A DNA stretch of 64,000 nt from Candidatus Thorarchaeota archaeon (GTDB lineage: Archaea; Asgardarchaeota; Thorarchaeia; Thorarchaeales; Thorarchaeaceae), in contig JAUWOU010000001.1 of the NCBI GenBank assembly GCA_030612005.1, forward strand, positions 14,612 to 78,611, in the 5' to 3' direction. Positions 60,662-64,000 of this stretch are shown piece by piece. The position numbers and the translations under genes were made by a program. Positions within the stretch are counted from its first letter, which is position 1. Every line of letters begins with the position of its first letter. Under the pieces are notes generated by a model, which was not told the DNA's origin, did not search any database, and saw only the letters and a program-made list of their open reading frames with translations.

Positions 60662-61114
60662 ATGAGTGACCTACCGGTTCTAGGTTTCGATTATGAACAC
60701 AATTCGGTTGAAACTCTACTTGATCAAGTTTTGACACCTACAGACATCAAGATAATTGAAGCCACTGCTCAAATCTCAATAACAACTGGAAAGTCTCCAA
60801 CAGCATCTGAAATTCTCAGAGAGTTGTCTAAAACGAATAGTCTGAAGAAAACACAACTCTATGAGCGATTGAACCGTTTGACCAGACTCGGATTCATAGC
60901 TGTAAGAATTTTGCCACGACCCCGTAAGTACATCACAAATAGAAGCACCATTACCGAGGGTGTGGAAAAATGGATTGAGGAACAGATGACCTCAATCGCA
61001 GATCTTTCTTCAGAACTTGAAACAATGCGCAGGATGATCAAACAAACCAAACCTGGGACTATTGTTTCTGCATTAGCAGATAGACTCTCACTAGATATTA
61101 CTTCAAATACATAG
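60662..61114 (+). CDS. winged-helix transcriptional regulator (TrmB/MarR-like wHTH)
   Basis: TASEILRELSKTNSLKKTQLYERLNRLTRLGFIAV is a wHTH pattern, followed by a coiled C-terminal helix. Confidence 0.5.
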   Translation: MSDLPVLGFDYEHNSVETLLDQVLTPTDIKIIEATAQISITTGKSPTASEILRELSKTNSLKKTQLYERLNRLTRLGFIAVRILPRPRKYITNRSTITEGVEKWIEEQMTSIADLSSELETMRRMIKQTKPGTIVSALADRLSLDITSNT

Positions 61115-61138
61115 GGTAGAAAACGAGAAATAAGTTAG

Positions 61139-61160
61139 GAGGGGGGAGACCCCCCTCTTT
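61139..61160 (+). terminator. G/C hairpin GAGGGGGG-AGA-CCCCCCTC followed by TTT
   Basis: 8-bp perfect stem at 61139-61146/61150-61157, then TTT at 61158-61160, 25 nt after the stop at 61114. Confidence 0.4.
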
Positions 61161-61300
61161 GGGAATACTCTCACAAACCTAAATCGGAAAAAATAGATCA
61201 ATCCTGTCAAGAACGAAGCTTTCATATAGGCGAAAAATTGCGCCTCAGCTTAGATGCACACCCTATTTCTGGGCGTGCAATTTCCGTTTCGTGATTTACG

Positions 61301-62500
61301 GTGAGGATTATGGTTAGAGACCCAATTGGTTGGATGCGCGACGAATACAACAAACTCGTCGATGCAAATCTAAACTGGAGGATCAGAGAGCTTCAGGGTC
61401 CAAGCACCCCGAGCGCAATGATTGATGGCAAAGAAGTCATCATGCTCTGTTCCAATAATTACCTGAACCTTAGCAACCACCCCAAGCTGAAAGAGGCAGC
61501 TCTGAACGCAATCAAGTCCCATGGGGCGGGCTCAGGCTCAGTTCGTGCTATTGCTGGTACAATGGACATACACCTAGAGTTGGAGAGACGCCTTGCTAAC
61601 TTCAAGGGCGCAGAAGCAGCCCTTACGTACAGTGCAGGCTTCGCTACAAACGAAGGTTTGATTCCCCAGCTCGTCACCAAAAATGATGCAATCGTGTCTG
61701 ACGAGTTGAATCATGGCAGTATTATCGACGGTGTTCGACTTACAAAAGCTAAGCGCTTTGTGTACAAGCACACTGATGTTGCAGACCTAGAGAGAGTCCT
61801 TGACGAAGCCGAGAAGGACAATCCCGAGAAGATATTGGTCATCACAGATGGAGTCTTCAGCATGGATGGAGACATCGCACCACTCGATGGTGTTGTCAAA
61901 GCCGCTGAACCTCACGGCGCGATGATCTATGTGGACGACGCTCATGGTGAAGCAGTCCTCGGAGAAGGTGGTCGTGGAATCGTATCCCACTTCAAACTGA
62001 CACATGAGCAAGTACACTTCGAGATGGGAACTTTCTCAAAGGCCTTTGGAACAATGGGCGGTCACGTGTCAGGCAGTCGTGATATGGTAAATTACGCACT
62101 GAACAAGAGCAGGTCATGGCTCCTCAGTGGATCGCATCCCCCAGCAACTGCAGCTTCTTGCATTGCAGCTATCGATGTTCTTGAGACCGAACCTATTCAT
62201 GTCAAGACACTCTGGGAAAACAGAGAGTACTTCGTAAAGGGTCTAAAGGACATGGGTTACGACACTGGATTCAGCCAGACACCAATCATTCCAGCAATGA
62301 CCGGTGAAAGCTCAAAGGCTGTTGCACTAAGCGATGGACTATACGATGAAGGCATTCTTGCACTACCAATCGTCTTCCCAATGGTTGCTCGTGACAAGGC
62401 TAGAATCCGTAACATAATGAACTCTGGTCTGAGCATGGAGCAGCTAGACATCGCACTAGCAGCCTATGAGAAGATCGGAAAGCGAGTAGGCATCATTTAG
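61301..62500 (+). CDS. kbl: 2-amino-3-ketobutyrate CoA ligase / 8-amino-7-oxononanoate synthase family (PLP-dependent alpha-oxoamine synthase)
   Basis: Class II aminotransferase fold. PLP-Lys context GTFSKAFG; DDAHG; alpha-oxoamine synthase N-terminus. Confidence 0.8.
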   Translation: MRIMVRDPIGWMRDEYNKLVDANLNWRIRELQGPSTPSAMIDGKEVIMLCSNNYLNLSNHPKLKEAALNAIKSHGAGSGSVRAIAGTMDIHLELERRLANFKGAEAALTYSAGFATNEGLIPQLVTKNDAIVSDELNHGSIIDGVRLTKAKRFVYKHTDVADLERVLDEAEKDNPEKILVITDGVFSMDGDIAPLDGVVKAAEPHGAMIYVDDAHGEAVLGEGGRGIVSHFKLTHEQVHFEMGTFSKAFGTMGGHVSGSRDMVNYALNKSRSWLLSGSHPPATAASCIAAIDVLETEPIHVKTLWENREYFVKGLKDMGYDTGFSQTPIIPAMTGESSKAVALSDGLYDEGILALPIVFPMVARDKARIRNIMNSGLSMEQLDIALAAYEKIGKRVGII

Positions 62501-62549
62501 AATCAAGATGTGAAGCATCTCACACTGAGATGCTCACTTCTCTACTTTT

Positions 62550-63980
62550 TTAGTTCCACCTACCAGTTATTCTGAGGACAATATAACAACAGAAAAAGAC
62601 TGCTGGAATAAATAACAACAGAATTTCAATGAGTAAATCATGACTAAAGGGAAATGTGTAAATTTCACCAAGTCCCACCTGTACAAACCCTAGAATTAGC
62701 AAGGGTGAGAAGAGTGGTAGTAAAGACTCCATCAAAGATGCACGAGGTGGTGTCATCGAGTAATTTGCAAATTGCAATGGGAGCCAGAAGAATAACATCG
62801 ATAATATTGCCCAGTAGAATCCACTTTGAGGTATGTCTAAGAAAATCCCTCCTGAATCTGTCCAACTAGCAACAAGAGGAAAAGGACCAAATGATATGGC
62901 ATGAATTGTCGTATGGAATCCGTAGGTAACTTCACGGATGCTGGAAAACCAGGGAATGAAAGCAGTTAGTCCAAGTACAATTACAGGAAGGAGTAGGGGG
63001 TCTCTCCAAGAAACTCTAGGTTTCTTTTGATTGAAATAGATACGAACCCGAAAAAGGACAAGTGAAAACAACACCATCCCTAGTGAGAGTAGAACGAAAT
63101 TTTGAGGAGTGATAATGAACTCAAAGATGTGCCAGTAAGGCATCAAGATCTCAGCATTCAGATGATATGTACCACTTTCTGGAATGTGCTCAAATGCATA
63201 AGTATCGACATCACTTGAATAAAGTAAATGTCTGGAAAGCGTGTCAATAGATGAAAATCTAATAGTGAAACCATCGTTGAAAGGAGGGAAAAACAGAAAC
63301 TCTGGAATTTCTGAATCCTGTAAGTAAAGATCATAGATTCTGGAATAGGACAAGAAAGAATTGGACCAGTGATATGTATGAATCTCAAGATGAATCAAAG
63401 GTATATTCTGATTGAGAGAGAGCGTTAGTTTCACAGCCTTCATTCTCAGAGTACAGATTGTTGTATAATTCTCAGAAATTGATAGACTGAAAGCAGGGAT
63501 AGAGGGGATTTCATCACCCCAGGTTGCTTCCATTGTATAGTTCTGAGGTGTCAGATAGAGAGTGCGATTCTGAAATCGTGCATCAAGAACACCATAACTA
63601 CCTCCACTCTGACGTTCAATTCGAAGTTCCGGATTAAAATATCGCATCCATTTCGTGTAAGGATTAACAAACAATGGTTCTCCATCGGTCGACTGCCAAT
63701 TCAAGACAACAGGAGAAACGGGAGTATCAAATTCAGCCCAAAGAAGGACATTCCTAAATTCCAGCTCAATGTCGGTTGTGAATCTAACAATAAAATAAGG
63801 AATCCAGTAAATAGGATTACTGCATACAAGATCCATATCAGGTTCAACCGAAAAGGTAGTAGCGGTTGTTCCTACAACAACATGAATTGTAGTTCTATAA
63901 ACCCCAAGTTCCACGCGTATGTCAACATCGGTATTGTTCAGCGTAGACTGTATTGTGATATTAACAACAAATCTACTCAC
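62550..63980 (-). CDS. large membrane protein: N-glycosylation-rich extracytoplasmic N-terminal region followed by multiple C-terminal TM helices
   Basis: 476 aa; the N-terminal 300 aa is beta-rich with many N-x-S/T sequons, and the C-terminal 170 aa is strongly hydrophobic. The start may lie at or beyond the window edge. Confidence 0.45.
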   Translation of the reverse strand: MSRFVVNITIQSTLNNTDVDIRVELGVYRTTIHVVVGTTATTFSVEPDMDLVCSNPIYWIPYFIVRFTTDIELEFRNVLLWAEFDTPVSPVVLNWQSTDGEPLFVNPYTKWMRYFNPELRIERQSGGSYGVLDARFQNRTLYLTPQNYTMEATWGDEIPSIPAFSLSISENYTTICTLRMKAVKLTLSLNQNIPLIHLEIHTYHWSNSFLSYSRIYDLYLQDSEIPEFLFFPPFNDGFTIRFSSIDTLSRHLLYSSDVDTYAFEHIPESGTYHLNAEILMPYWHIFEFIITPQNFVLLSLGMVLFSLVLFRVRIYFNQKKPRVSWRDPLLLPVIVLGLTAFIPWFSSIREVTYGFHTTIHAISFGPFPLVASWTDSGGIFLDIPQSGFYWAILSMLFFWLPLQFANYSMTPPRASLMESLLPLFSPLLILGFVQVGLGEIYTFPFSHDLLIEILLLFIPAVFFCCYIVLRITGRWN

Positions 63981-64000
63981 ATTATCTGTGACTAAACTAA

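Noticed and set aside
1-64000. CRISPR arrays, rRNA, IS elements/transposases, integrases, prophage genes
   Set aside because: I found no periodic 25-40-nt repeat arrays; the only tandem repeats are the 14-nt operator-like units at 21145-21186. No transposase, integrase or recombinase-like ORF, and no rRNA-like conserved stretch, is visible. tRNAs cannot be excluded without a covariance-model scan, but no cloverleaf was apparent in the intergenic regions examined.

Overview
This 64 kb window is AT-rich (about 38-40% GC) and looks archaeal, with almost every gene assignable to one strand-consistent operon or another. The evidence for an archaeon is a formate-dependent PurP (two copies), an FMN-dependent type-2 IPP isomerase, a three-subunit PurL/PurQ/PurS FGAM synthase, a Sec11-type signal peptidase, an 'archaeal ATPase' family NTPase, and surface proteins dense in N-glycosylation sequons. 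I cannot assign a lineage from sequence alone.

The core of the window (4.5-16.8 kb) is one translationally coupled de novo purine operon: purN-purF-purP-purP'-purC::purS-purQ-purL-purE::purM-purD-guaA. It carries two gene fusions (PurC-PurS and PurE-PurM) and a 33-codon micro-ORF that exactly bridges the two purP paralogs.

Flanking genes are mostly housekeeping or accessory metabolism:
- ADP-forming acyl-CoA synthetase alpha, Idi2, a class I/II HDAC and an amidohydrolase.
- Three MBL-fold hydrolases, a YyaL thioredoxin-domain protein and an ICMT-family methyltransferase.
- A REC-PAS-HisKA hybrid kinase, a 2-hydroxyacid dehydrogenase, a Na/Pi cotransporter and an aspartase/fumarase-family lyase.
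- Gamma-glutamyltranspeptidase, an MBL-double-rhodanese fusion, signal peptidase I, an MFS transporter and three GNATs.
- Creatininase, pirin and 2-amino-3-ketobutyrate CoA ligase.

I found no rRNA, CRISPR array or recognisable mobile element. I could not identify a tRNA by eye.

The most unusual loci, in my order of interest, are:
1. A radical-SAM/SPASM maturase (29623-30708) embedded among a secreted C39-like cysteine peptidase, a small secreted PPC-domain protein and two GNATs.
2. Two tandem paralogous N-glycosylated surface proteins (55328-59175) with a lectin-like ectodomain, a single TM and a cytoplasmic winged-helix-like tail. These are candidate one-component transmembrane signalling proteins.
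3. A short, degenerate tRNA-guanine-transglycosylase-like (DpdA-like?) protein (21928-23100) with an intact Zn motif, standing alone.
4. A possible persulfide/glutathione-type operon (MBL-rhodanese, then GGT, then aspartase) whose MBL metal-binding motif is degenerate.
5. Several sharply defined cis-elements: tandem 14-nt operator-like repeats at 21145-21186, a perfect 10-bp inverted repeat at 39545-39576, a pyrimidine-pure ~100-nt tract at 36405-36510, and hairpin-plus-T-tract terminators.
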